Source: Octopus sinensis (Eukaryota). From it: a DNA stretch of 64,000 bases. Each line of letters starts with the position of its first letter. Position 1 is the stretch's first letter. The position numbers and the translations under genes are program-made. Location of the stretch: assembly GCF_006345805.1 (NCBI RefSeq), contig NC_043002.1, positions 108,562,001 to 108,626,000 of the forward strand, read 5' to 3'. The notes beneath the pieces are model-generated. The model did no database searches, was not told the origin of the DNA, and saw nothing but the letters and a program-made list of their open reading frames with translations. Shown here piece by piece: positions 34,578 through 46,975 of the stretch.

Positions 34578-35374
34578 GCTTTCTGATTAAAACTGCAAAG
34601 AAGAAAGATGAGAAGGGCTTAATTAAAAAAATAACAAAAATAAAATATAAAAATAGATTCATCATCGTATTCTGACATCCACTTTTCCATGCTTGCATGG
34701 GTTGGATAGAATTTGTTGAAGTAGATTTTCTATGACTGGATACTACCTGTTGCCAACCCTCATCTTTTTCCTTGTGAGGTAATATTTCCACATGACCAGA
34801 GATGTTTCCTTGGAAATGAAGGACATCGTTTGCATGATTGTGATGCTTGTTTACAACAATTATCATGTGAAGCCAAGGCAAGAAGACACTAACATGCACA
34901 TACACACACATTATATATGTATATATATATATTTATTATATATATATATATATATTATATATATATATAGAAGCACAAATAAAGGTTACAAACATTCAGG
35001 GATAGCAAAATCCTATGAAAGTACTGGTTAGTGACCTATACAAAGAATATTGAGCATTATTTATAATACTCAATTGCAAGCTAATTATATAAACGTGGTT
35101 TGTATATATTTATTTATTATAATGAGAAAATAGAGAGATAATTAATGAATTATTATTTATTAATTACCTCTCTACTTTCACATCGTATTTTACACACACA
35201 CACAACAAACTTCATTCAGTTTCAGTCTGCCAAATCCACTCAGAAGGCTTTGGTCAGCCTGCGAGATGTAGCAGAAGAGTGGAAAACACTTACCTAAGGT
35301 GCCAAGCAGTGGGACTGAACCTGGAGCCATGTGATTGGGAAGTAAACTTCTTACCATGCACAGTCACTCCTGCA

Positions 35375-36362
35375 CTACTATGGCAGCAAAAGTGACTGCA
35401 AAACTGGAGAACCAACCACCACCACCACCACTACCTAGCTCAGTGGTTCTCAAAGTGGGGTTTGCGGTCCCCTAGGGGACTGAAGTGATTTTAGGGGGAC
35501 CGCGAAGGGACGCTGAAGTATTGTGAAAACAGGTTGGCTTGAGAAAGTTAAGTTTTAAGATTTCAAGACTTTCAATTTTTAGCATGCTAATATCCTTTTT
35601 TGTTGTTGGCCCCCAAAACCCATGTCACTCCTAATCACACATGTTATACAACAAGTGTGATTGGCCAATAGAAAATATGGGGGAATAAGGGTTGGCCATG
35701 CATGTGCTGTTGGTATTTTTCGTTTCCCATTTCTATTGGAACCAATTGATCAACTGATTCCCCATATTTTTTCCATGTGCATTTATTGTATCCCAATGGG
35801 ACACTGCCTGGATTAAGTTGTAGTTTTGGGGGTTGCGGGTGTATGGGCAGTGTGATTCGTAGTCTGGAAATTAGGGCACACAAATGTACGTCATTTTTTT
35901 CCATGTTGATTATCTTGCATTTTATAGGGGACCGTGAAACATTAGAAAAAAAACTGTAAAGGGACCAGCACATAAAAGTTTTTGAAAAACCTTGAGAACC
36001 ACTGACCCAGCTAAACCTGACTCATCCAAAACTATTCCTTATGAGTTCCACAAAGCTGGATGCCATGGTAGGTTTGCAATTGCTAAACCCCTCCTGTCCC
36101 TCATCAATAGGGGTAAGTGCAAAATAATGGTATCCAGGCTATCAAATGTCGTAAATGGCTCAACAGAACAATGTCATCTTCTCTGATGAATCATCATTCA
36201 CCCTTTTCTCCACTTCAGGGTGAGTATTTTGTCTGGAGACAGCCCCCAAAAGCCTTCCACACAGATTATTTAGCTCCTACCATGAAGCATAGAGGTGGTG
36301 CTGTGACTTGGACAGCCATATCAGAGAATTCTCCAGACTCTTTAATTGTTCCCCATGGCAGA
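35375..36362 (+). mobile_element. Degenerate Tc1 transposase relic interrupted by a hAT MITE
   Basis: ...KAGCHGRFAIAKPLLS...VIFSDESSFTLFSTSG...VWRQP...PTMKHRGG: Tc1 KP.L, FSDES and K.GGG-like motifs. Confidence 0.7.
35441..36004. mobile_element. hAT/Charlie-like MITE
   Basis: TIR cagtggttctcaa / ttgagaaccactg; 8-bp TSD acctagct / acccagct. Confidence 0.85.
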
Positions 36363-36619
36363 GGGGTTAGTGAGAAAGGGAGGGAGAGAGTGGTAAGGGG
36401 GACGAGGTGGGTTGTGTAGTGGGTGAGTCCAGGTCTATTCCATATTATAAGGATGAAAATGGGTGGAAGGTGTGAGTAGTAGGGAACACGAAAGCGAGAA
36501 AGTAGATGAGGGTGGCAATGGTCCAGAGAGAGCTACTGAAAGAAAGATGATGATGATGATGTGTGATGGGGTCATGGGGAGCAGGCCAAAATGGGGGATA
36601 TGAAAGGGTGTTGAGGGTA

Positions 36620-38642
36620 GTTCACGTATGTTTCAGCAGCGTTCGTGTCAGCAGAAGCAGCCTTGCCATGCAGGGAAACGCTTTTTAGGTTGAAGCGTTT
36701 CTGAAACTTCCCAAACCACCCTTTGCTAGCAGAAAAAGGACGTTTTTTAGGTTGTGAATCACTGGACGTCCCTGGTTGCGGATCTTCTACGTCATCTTCG
36801 TCTTCTTCCTCTTCTTCGTAGTCGCCACTGTCGTCCTCAGGTTCCTTAGTGGCGAAAGTCTCGTACAGGCTCCTAGCCTTTGTTTAGATGATGTTCATAT
36901 CCAAGGCTATGTTTTTCTGTCGGCAGTCGGCTATCCGTATGGCCAAAGCAGCTTCCATACGGATGATAGTTTTATTACAAACCATAACCACTCTCTTCGC
37001 TGACTTATTAAAGGTGATGGCAGCCGTCTTCCTAATGTTAGCCTCATCCTTCTTGATGTAGCGAATGGTGGATTTCATTCACACTAAAATGGCAGGCTAC
37101 GGCAGCCAAAGTTCTCCCTTCCTTCAACATATCCAGAAAATGCACCTTCTTAGCGATCATCATCATTCTTCGTTTGCATTTAGGCTCAGTACCAGCTTTG
37201 GAAGAAGCAGCACGCTTGGGAGCCATTGCAGGGGATAAAATGCAAAGTTCAACGCAAAGAAACTGTAGCGTACACTTAGTGAAGTTCTCTCTCTCTCTCT
37301 GTTATATATAGCATAAATACGGATGTAGCAGATAACAGCTAACCTTCGGCTGCTTGGACACTGTTGTGTCCACTACTCTGATTGGTTGGTATTGGCGCAA
37401 TTTGTCTCTTGCTCTATTACGTGCCAATGTGCAACCCAACCAATCACAACTTTCTGATAAGTTCCCGTGACACAGTTTTTCTAAAGCTCCGTTAGAGCCA
37501 ACGAGTCACTATAAAAGCTAGTTACAAAAACCATATTTTGTCTTTGGTTCCAGATCTTCTAAGTGCACAGCTAGTTCCAGCAACTACACCAGCAACATCA
37601 TAGAGAAACATCAAAACATCGTATATCAGCATTCAGGACCACCATCTCCATTGCCTTCATCTTAACATCGCCCACAACATCTCTTTACGTACACAGCAAC
37701 ATTCGCTCAGGTTTAACTCCACGCTCTGTTTGTGAATACTTCACCATGATTAACAGCAAGAACAACCTGCGACATCTTACTGTATCAAGTAACCAGCACA
37801 GCATAGTAGCCACAATCGCTTACACGATACATGCTTCAACCAGCTCTGCATTGTAGCCACAACTTCTTGTTACAGCTCTTCAGCTATTGTGTAACTTACT
37901 ACGAACTGGTATTTTATCTTCATTGTGTTTGAACATCTAGCGTCCTGTTATAGACTCTTTCTATGCTCTGTATTTTATCTCACACACATACACCCTTGTT
38001 TGTACACACATACACATTATTATTGTTATTATTATATATGTACTTATGTCGCACACACAGACACACACTCTGCTAACTCCTAAATAAAAACTTTCTCTTA
38101 ACATTCTACGGTTGTGTCGTCTTTCTTTTCCTTCTGGCACTCATACACATTTATCTTTTTTTGCTTTTATTGTAAGCGACTGTGTGGTGTGTTAAAGGAG
38201 TCATTCATTCATCACCTCTCCTATCGCACGGTCGTTCTACAAAACAAAAAAATCACACACAGCACAGTGTAAAGTAGTACAGCAAACCACTCGGCGAGAA
38301 AGCTTGAAGCGAAATGGCTGCGAGAGAGACAGAAACAAAGGAAGATGCTGTGGATTTGAGCATCAGTCATAGCACCAATCATAGGCCAGATTACAAAATA
38401 GAAAGCTGGGATTCGTCTCTCTTCATTGCACCAATCACAGCCCATCTTAAGTTCAAATACTCCTGTATATGCTTCTTTGCTATTTTATGCTTGTTTTGTT
38501 GTTCCTAGACTAGGAAATAATATTCATAATTAATATTTTAATGGATTTAATGAAAAATTTTAGGTGTTCATATATATATTTAAAAAATCCATGCAGTCAT
38601 GAATCCGCGATAGTTGGACCGCGAAGTAGCAAGGGATCACTG
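36620..38642 (-). mobile_element. 3'-truncated pogo/Tigger DNA transposon relic
   Basis: 5' terminus cagtgatcccttgctacttcgcgg at 38642. Frameshifted ORF from 37226: MAPKRAASSK...LDMLKEG...HFSVNE/STIRYIKK...MEAAL...KARSLY...FSASKGWFGKFQKRFNL..VSLHGKAASAD (HTH_psq/CENP-B DNA-binding domains; DDE domain missing). Confidence 0.88.
37300..38240 (+). mobile_element. LTR-like insertion nested in the Tigger 5' region
   Basis: Starts TGTT at 37300; several CCAAT/ATTGG motifs, TATAAAA at ~37510, AATAAA at ~38083. 3' end and TSD are uncertain (gttct at 37284-37288 and 38234-38238 is one candidate). Confidence 0.5.
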
Positions 38643-38686
38643 ACACACACACACGTGCATATATATATATATATATATATGGATGG

Positions 38687-39063
38687 AAGCACTCCGTCGG
38701 TTACGACGACGAGGGTTCCAGTTGATCCAAATCAATGGAACAGCCAGCTCGTGAAATTAACGTGTAAGTGGCTGAGCACTCCACAGACACGTGTACCCTT
38801 AACGTAGTTCTCGGGGATATTCAACGTGACACAGAGAGTGACAAGGCCGGACCTTTGAAATGCAGGTACAACAGAAACAGGAAGTAAGAGTGAGAGAAAG
38901 TTGTGGTGAAAGAGTACAGCAGGGATCACCACCATCCCCTGCCGGAGCCTCGTGGAGCTTTAGGTGTTTTCGCTCAATAAACACAACGCCCGGTCTGGGA
39001 ATCGAAACTGTGATCCTACGACCGCGAGTCCGCTGCCTTAACCACTGGGCCATTGCGCCTCCA
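38687..39063 (-). mobile_element. tRNA-derived SINE (family B), full length
   Basis: Head ggaggcgcaatggcccagtggttaaggcagcggac...gtttcgattccc. Confidence 0.87.
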
Positions 39064-39282
39064 CATATATATACACACGCACACACACAAGAGAGAAGCA
39101 TGCAGGCATCATGCTTAACATAAATAGATCATCGAAAGATGCAAATTTACTGCAGTATTTGTTCAGAGATAACGTCTCTTATGGACGTGCTGTGTTTAAA
39201 ACCAAAATAAATACTGAAAGGAAGTGAGAAGCATCATCCTGGCAGTGGCTAACCAGATGCATTTCAGTATTGTTGAATCTCG

Positions 39283-39668
39283 TTTCTCTCACACACTCTC
39301 TCATCTCTCATACACTCTCTCATCTCTCATACACTCTCTCATCTCTCATACACTCTCACTCTCTCACACACTCTCTCATCTCTCATACACTCTCACTCTC
39401 TCATCTCTCATACACTCTCACTCTCTCACACACTCTCTCATCTCTCATACACTCTCACTCTCTCATCTCTCATACACTCTCACTCTCTCACACACTCTCT
39501 CATCTCCCATACACTCTCACTCTCTCATCTCTCATACACTCTCACTCTCTCATCTCATACACTCTCACTCTCTCACACAGTCTCTCATCTCTCATACACT
39601 CTCACTCTCTCACACACACACTCTCTCTCTTTCTCTGTCTCTGTCTTGCACACTCTCTCTCTCTCTCT
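39283..39668. repeat. CT/CA-rich minisatellite (ctctcatctctcatacactctca variants)
   Basis: Direct observation. Confidence 0.9.
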
Positions 39669-41409
39669 GCAGTCACAGTTGGCAGCTATGTGCTTAAATG
39701 CGATTTGCTACTTTTGAGAGTAAATAAACATTCCAAGGTATTCAAATAGTCGTCTGGCAGAATAAATGCAATAGGAAATTGTTTATCTTTTACTTGTTTC
39801 AGTCATTAGATTGCGACCATGCTGGGGCAACACCTTGTAGAATTTTTAGTTGAATATATCAACACCCAGTTCTTTTTTATTTTCACTAAGCCTGGTACTT
39901 ATTCTATCGGTCTGTTTTGCTGAACTGTTAAGTTACAGGGCGTAAGTTACAGGAATGTATATGTGTGTGTGTGGAAAGGGAGAACACAGACACAAAGACA
40001 CACACACACACACATATATATATGTGTATATACGACGGGCTTCTTTCAGTTTCTGTCTGCCAAATCCACTCACAAAGCTTCGGTCAGCCTAAGACTATAA
40101 CAGAAGAAACTTGCTCAAGGTACCATGCAGTGGGCCTGAACCTGGAACCAAGTGGTTGGTAAGCAAGCTTCTTACCACACACACACACACACACACACAA
40201 CAGGCTTCCACAAAGTTTCCATCAATCAAATTCAACCACAATACATTTGTTAGCCCAGGGTTATAGTAGAAGACATAACAATCCTTTGGAGATGGCATAA
40301 CAAAACAAACTATTTGTTTGGCAATTTCAGTAAAAATTGTTGTCTCTTAAATTTTTTTTTCCAGCTAAATCGCTTATGTTTAAGTAATTATATGTACAAA
40401 CACAAATATACATACATGCACATGAACACATGCATACATATATACACAAATATCCATACATGCACCCACCTGACTGGCACCCATGCCGGCGGCACGTAAA
40501 AAGCAGCATTCGAGCGTGGTTGATGCCAGTCCCACCGGACTGGCTCCCGTGCCAGTGGCACATAGAAAACACCATTTCAGTGTGGTCGTTGCCAATGTCA
40601 CCTGACTGGCTCCCGTGCCAGTGGTGTGTAAAAAACACCACTTGAGCATGGTCGTTGCCAGTGTCGACTGACTGGCCCCCATGCCGGTGGCACGTAAAAA
40701 GCACCCACTACACTCTCGATGTGTTTGGTGTTAGGAAGGGCACCCGCTGAAGAAACCTTGCCAGATCAGATTGGAGCCTGGTGCAGCCTCCTGGTGCAGC
40801 CTCCTGGTGCAGCCTCCTGGTGCAGCCTCCTGGTGCAGCCTCCTGGCTTGCCAGTCCTCAGCATGGAAAGCAGACGTGTGTGTAGCGGGGGGGGGGGGGG
40901 TAGTCCTGGGCGGCACTTTCAAAGGGGCACCATTTTTGGTTCTGCTGTAGGCAATATGTGTTTTTTTTTTTGTGGGGTCTGGGGGCGGCAAACGGAAGGG
41001 CCACTCCATACAACACACACAGTAGCTAAGCTTGTGCATACTCAGATAAAAAATACATACATACAAAAAAAAAAATAGATAAATATAGGCGATTCAGATG
41101 AAAAAAATTGAATAAATTATATTTTTTTAACGGAAATTATTGAGTAAATAGTTTTAGTTTTGATGTACCACCTCCAAAGAATCGTCAAAGACACTTGCAA
41201 TAGAGTGCCGTGCAGTGGAACCGAACCCGAAAGCACGCAATTGCAAAACAAACTTTTTAACCATACGACTATGTCTGCACCTATAACAAAAGATTTCATT
41301 TACAGAACACAAGTTTCCCAAGCAGTCACCCGTCCTACTATTAAACTAGGTTCAGTGGTGCGTAACTTCGGTAATCTGAGACTGCAACTTTCAGTAGCTT
41401 GTGTGTGTG

Positions 41410-41650
41410 TGTACATATGTCTATATATATATTATTTACATTTGACGCATATTTGTCCTCATTTTGTTTGTTGCTAACATGTTTCAGCTGATATACCTCC
41501 CCAGCCTTCATCAGGTGTCTTGGGGAAATTTCGAACCTGGGTTCTCATTCCTAAGGTATTTTTCGATGTTCTTATTATTATTCAGGTCACTTCCTGGAAT
41601 CAAACTCGGGATCTTGGTGCTTGTAGCCTGTGCTCTTAACCAGTACACAT
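41410..41650 (-). mobile_element. tRNA-headed short element carrying a hammerhead-like 3' module
   Basis: Minus strand: gtgtactggttaagagc...GTTTGATTCC (B-box, 41605-41596)...cccaagacac-CTGATGA(41514-41508)-aggctg...cagct-GAAA-catgtt. Confidence 0.6.
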
Positions 41651-42462
41651 TTATAATAACAAAAACATACCTTAACAATGACATAAAAACAGGTCAAAGT
41701 CAACACAAACCAACACTGCACATACAGACGGTGGGTCAAATAAAAGAAGGCCTTACTTATTGTGATGGTTCCCCCTCCCCCTTGCAACTTTACTTTATTG
41801 ATGACACATTGTTCCTGGGTTTATGTGATGACATTTTCTCTTGTTTGGCTTCCTCGTATTGAAATACATAAAACAAGCCCAAAAATCTCAAAAAAATGCT
41901 AAGGCACCCTCCATTACCGAGATTTTTATCAAAATCATCCATTTTGGCCTTATTGAGGATGGGGTAGGAAACTGCTTATAATATCGTTATTATTGAAGAT
42001 AGCAGACTCAAATTTCATATGGAATAGTAGAAATGCACAGTAAATACAATTATTTTGTTTGATGTAGTGAATATTAAATTAATTGCAAAAAAATAGGAAT
42101 GAAATTCAATATACTGTGAAAAAACATTAAAAAATGGGCGTTTTTCAGACAAATTGGTGAGATTTTCCAATTTTGAACAATGGGTATGGTAAACAGGTTT
42201 TTTCCTTCATTTCAGTGACATTTGACAAATATTTCCAATGGTTACCTGTGTATCACATATTTCCACTTTTTATAGCCTCGAGACATACCTTTACTTATAA
42301 AAAGCTGTTGTCCTAATTACCTGACAGGTTGTAGGAATGACAAGTCAAAATGTTATCCCCACAGACCCAGGAACAATGTGGTACCATCAAACTAAAGTTG
42401 CAAGGTGGGTGTGGGTGCAACCAACTCAATAAATAAGGCCCTTTTTGGATTTGGCTCACTGA

Positions 42463-42504
<42 letters not shown>

Positions 42505-43996
42505 GAAAGATTGTTCCTGAGCCTATAGGCTCTTAGGTTTGGTTTCCAGGATTCTGTGGCACATAAATTCCACTCACCCCTCTTGGACGGGATGCAGGTC
42601 CATTGCAAGATTATCCATTTTAGCCGGCTGAGGGTATTGACCAACGTGAAATGAAGCTTTGCTCAAGAACATAACGCATTGCCTGGTCCTGGAATCGAAA
42701 CCACAATCTTACGATTATGACTGCAACTCCCCAACTACCAAAAAACTATTTTTTTAATAGCATGAGTTTATGCTATTAATGGGGAGAAAATATTGAAGAA
42801 AAAAAAACAAAAGAAGCAATACTTGTCAGAGTGAGAAAGACACGAGGAAATTGGTCATGGGATACGCTAGAAACAACAGCCAATGACACAATTTTACAGC
42901 TGAAAATATTTACTTTTTGTTTTGCTTTTTTTTTATCGGAAAGGCTTCTATAGTTTTTAAGTGTGTATATATATGTATATATTCTCCCCATTAATAGCAT
43001 AGAGTCAACAGACGAGAGCCACGAGAGATGAAGTGTTTTGCTCAAAACATAACGTACCACCTGGTCTAGGAATTGAAACCACGATCTCACGATCATGAGC
43101 ACAACATCTTACCTACTAGGCCTTAGGCGTGGCTGTGTAGTTAAGAAGCTTGCTTCCCAACCACATGGTTCCGGGTTCAGTTCTATTGTGTGGCATCTCG
43201 GGCAAGTGTCTTCTACTATAGCCTCAGGTCGACCAAAGCCTTGTGAGTGGACTTGGTAGATGGAAACTGAAAGAAGCCCGTTTGATATATATATCATCAT
43301 CATCATCATCATCATCGTTTAACGTCCGTTTTCCATGCTAGCATGGGTTGGACGGTTCGACTGGGGTCTGGGAAGCCAGGAGGCTGCACCAGGCTCCAGT
43401 CTGATCTGGCAGTGTTTCTACAGTTGGATGCCCTTCCTAACGCCAACCACTCCGCGAGTGTAGTGGGTGCTTTTTACGTGCCACCGGCACAGGTGCCAGG
43501 GAAGTCTGGCAGCGGCCGCGATCGTTTGTTGCGTTTAACGTGCCACTGGCACGGAAGCCAGTCAAGGCAGCACTGGCATCAGTCACGCTCGGATGGTGCT
43601 CTTTACGTGCCACCATATATTTATATGTACAGAAAGAGAGAGAGAGATAAATAGATAGATATGGATACATATTTAATTTATGTGGGTGTCTTTGACAACT
43701 GGTGTTTGTGTGTTTACGTTCGTGTTACTTAGCGGTTCGGCAAAAAGAATTTGATTGAATAAGTACCAAGATTTTTAAATTATAATTATAATTATAATTT
43801 CTGGGGTCAATTAGTTCGACTAAAACCTCCTCTTCAAGAAGGTGCTCCAGCATGGCCGTTGTCTAATGATTGACACAAGTAAAATATTTACACACATATT
43901 TTTATCATATACACACGCATATGTGTATCTATCACATACAGACACATATTATATATGTATATATTGTATATATATACACACATTATATATGTATAT

Positions 43997-44038
<42 letters not shown>

Positions 44039-44076
44039 TAAATAATACATGTACAACATATATACACATATATACA

Positions 44077-44485
44077 CAGGAGTGGCTGTGTGGTAAGTAG
44101 CTTGCTAACCAACCACATGGTTCCGGGTTCAGTCCCACTGCGTGGCACCTTGGGCAAGTGTCTTCTGCTATAGCCCCAGGCCGACCAATGCCTTGTGAGT
44201 GGATTTGGTAGACGGAAACTGAAAGAAGCCTGTCGTATATATGTATATATATATATGTATGTGTGTGTGTGTGTTTGTGTGTCTGTGTTTGTCCCCCTAG
44301 CATTGCTTGACAACCGATGCTGGTGTGTTTACGTCCCCATCACTTAGCGGTTCGGCAAAAGAGACCGGTAGAATAAGTACTGGGCTTACAAAGAATAAGT
44401 CCCAGGGTTGATTTGCTCGACTAAAGGCGGTGCTCCAGCATGGCCGCAGTCAAATGACTGAAACAAGTAAAAGAGTAAAAAGAGT
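44077..44485 (+). mobile_element. SINE family A, absent at the matching position of the right intron copy
   Basis: Full-length and CpG-rich; the flanks are contiguous in the paralogous copy at ~58070. Confidence 0.82.
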
Positions 44486-44548
44486 ATATATAATATACCT
44501 TTATATATGTACGTATATATCTATATCTGTCTATCTCTCTACATATAT

Positions 44549-45890
44549 GATCCACAAGATGAGCAAGGCTGGCAGCAGGAATACCACCTTGGTGTTCTAT
44601 AGAGGGCTGGTAGAGGCAAAAAACGATGACGTCCTAGGAGGGGCTCTGGGGTTCGATGAGAACCAACTCGCCAACCTGTTCAAAAAACTTTCAGGCCGGG
44701 GTATTTGGAAAACTGCCAAAAATCCCTGACCAGGAAGTGCTACAGGAACGCTTTAGCTGTTTGAGATAAGTTATCCAGGCATGGAATGTCAGTGCCACCG
44801 ACGTGTCCAAGATGTGGGCTGGACACTGAAACTGTCCAGCACACTTTTGTACAATGTCGGGAGCTATCTAGTTACGTAGAACATGTGTTGTCACATCTGG
44901 GACAAGTACAGCTGTCGGCTAGATCTATAATAAAGATGATATCTGTTTCTTTACTACCCACAAGGGGCTAAACACAGAGAGGACAAACAAGGACAGATAA
45001 ACGGATTAAGTCGATTATATTGACCCCAGTGTGTAACTGGTACTTATTTAATCAACCCCGAAAGGATGAAAGGCAAAGTTGACCTCGGCGGAATTTGAAC
45101 TCAGAACGTAGCAGCAGATGAAATACCAATTTCTTTACTACCCACAAGGGGCTAAACACAGAGAGGACAAACAAAGACAGACGAATGGATTAAGTCGATT
45201 ATATCGACCCCAGTGCGCAACTGGTACTTATTTAATCGACCCTGAAAGGATGAAAGGCAAAGTCGACCTCGGCAGAATTTGAACTCGGAACGTAGCGGCA
45301 GACCAAATACTGCTAAGCTTTTCGTCCGGTGTGCTAACGTTTCTGCCAGCTCGCCGCCTTCTATAATAAAGATGATACCGCCAACTGGACTCTCAAAGGA
45401 AGGTAAGGCTTGTTTTTACTGTATGGTTGCAGTACTGAAAAAGTGTGTATGGAGGACTAGAATGGAAGCTTCTGTGACAGGGTCCTCCATCTCTGACCCC
45501 AGTTTGCTGTCTTACTTCAGATACCCACTGAAGAGCAAGATGGGGTTGGAGAGGAAGACACTGCCACCGAGTGAATACGAGAAAGGATGGAAGGATGTGA
45601 TGAGAAAGGTGGGTGCTAGTAACCCAGCTTAATCATTGATGAAAGAAGAAGATCGTTGCTGGGCCTTATAGGATGCCGGGTTCGGTCTTTTTGAACTTTT
45701 ATTCGTTTTCTTTCTTTATATTTTTTTTTTAAAAGTTCTAGTTTAAGGTGAAAATTAATTGTTATATATAATATTTTTAAAGTAAATTTTTAACACAATG
45801 CTCGTTTGAACTCATTTAACTTTTTTGGATTTGTTTGTCTTGTATTTGTTTGTCTTCTATGTACGATCAGTTTGATCATGATAAAGATTT
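44549..45890 (+). mobile_element. 5'-truncated Tx1-clade LINE with zf-RVT domain and 3' UTR
   Basis: PTCPRCGLDTETVQHTFVQC (C..C...ET..H.F..C), then ...KKCVWRTR...; 17-bp TSD tatctctctacatatat at 44532-44548 and 45891-45907. Confidence 0.85.
44942..45359 (-). mobile_element. SINE family C head-to-tail dimer nested in the Tx1 LINE
   Basis: 18-bp TSD tctataataaagatgata at 44924-44941 and 45360-45377; SINE body repeated twice. Confidence 0.88.
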
Positions 45891-46080
45891 TATCTCTCTA
45901 CATATATATGTGTGTGTGTGTGTGTGTGTATGTAGGCAAATTGAGTGTCATTTCCTTCTTTATGCCATTGTATTTTTTTATCTGTGTTTTGTTTAATAAA
46001 ACTAAATACTTTACGTCCATATTAACGAGTACTTGTGTCTGTGTGTCTTCTCTTAATAAAGTCTGTGAAAGTCTACTTAC

Positions 46081-46170
46081 CAGACTGTTCAACCCTTCTA
46101 AAGGCAGGTGTGTTGTATTCCTCGCCAGCCAACTGCAGAACTTCTAATATGCTATCTCTGTCTTGATATC
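46081..46170 (-). other. Putative non-coding first exon of the sulfurtransferase gene
   Basis: Strong donor CTG/gtaagt (46080-46075), conserved in the paralogous copy (57858). The ATG exon starts with a splice acceptor, so an upstream exon is needed. The 5' boundary is unknown. Confidence 0.55.
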
Positions 46171-46226
46171 ACATAAAAAGCTGAATGACCTCAAAATTGC
46201 TTCATAGCAGGTTACATGCAGACACA

Positions 46227-46287
<61 letters not shown>

Positions 46288-46399
46288 ACACACACACGTA
46301 TACTACAGTAGACACACCCCTCATTGAAACAAAGAAGACACAAGCTAATCAAACGTTTATAATACATAACTTTTACCTCAGCATTTGTTTAATAATAAT

Positions 46400-46775
46400 A
46401 ATAATAATAATGATAATAATGAAATTATTGTATACAGTGCTCAGGTGCACCACAACTTGTCAAAAGTGCATATAAAGCATATGCAGTAATGTACAAATGT
46501 CTGGGAAGTGAACAGTGTATGAGTCAGATATATGCTTGCGTGTGTATGGAACGGAGAAAATCAGGTGTAGTGTTGGCGAATCTCAGGAAGCATGGAAGTT
46601 TTGAAGGATGCAGTGCTCCGACAACTAAGAACTGATGCCGGCAGTTTGTTCCATGCTTCAGCAACTCTTAGCGTGAAAAAACGTTTCCGAAAGTCATGGG
46701 AGCTGCGTTGTTTTCTGACTTTGTAAACATGTTCATGGGTGTTAGGACAGGTGGAGTTTGAAAAGGTTCCCAGAG
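46400..46775 (-). mobile_element. CR1/L2 LINE 3' end with (ATT)n tail
   Basis: Reverse complement of the 9155-9420 family: HVYKVRKQRSSHDFRKRFFTLRVAEAWNKLPASV. Confidence 0.75.
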
Positions 46776-46975
46776 TTTATTTTTATTGTTTATATTTTTA
46801 TTTTAAACTCATCAAAGGTGATGACCTGCATTAGGGACACACAAAACTCCTTGCCTTATTAGTTTACACTCTCAGGGGTCAGCTATGGAAGAAATAAACC
46901 AGGTGTAGGTACGGTGCTGATTATTATTGTTGTCAAACTTAAGGCAGTGGGCTGGCAGAATCATTAGCACGGTGG

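Larger units (their letters stand above)
34960..46367 (-). repeat. Left copy of an older inverted duplication (first intron and 5' exon), collinear with 57570-61950
   Basis: Homologous blocks: 34960-35165/61740-61950, 40380-41650/60385-61530, 42500-43020/59820-60340, 43020-43290/58640-58925, 43640-44530/58020-58615, 45900-46367/57570-58015. Confidence 0.92.

Noticed and set aside
38985-39063. tRNA genes at SINE heads (also ~1760-1830, 10470-10545, 41590-41650)
   Set aside because: A and B boxes are present, but each continues into a shared SINE body and none forms a clean cloverleaf.
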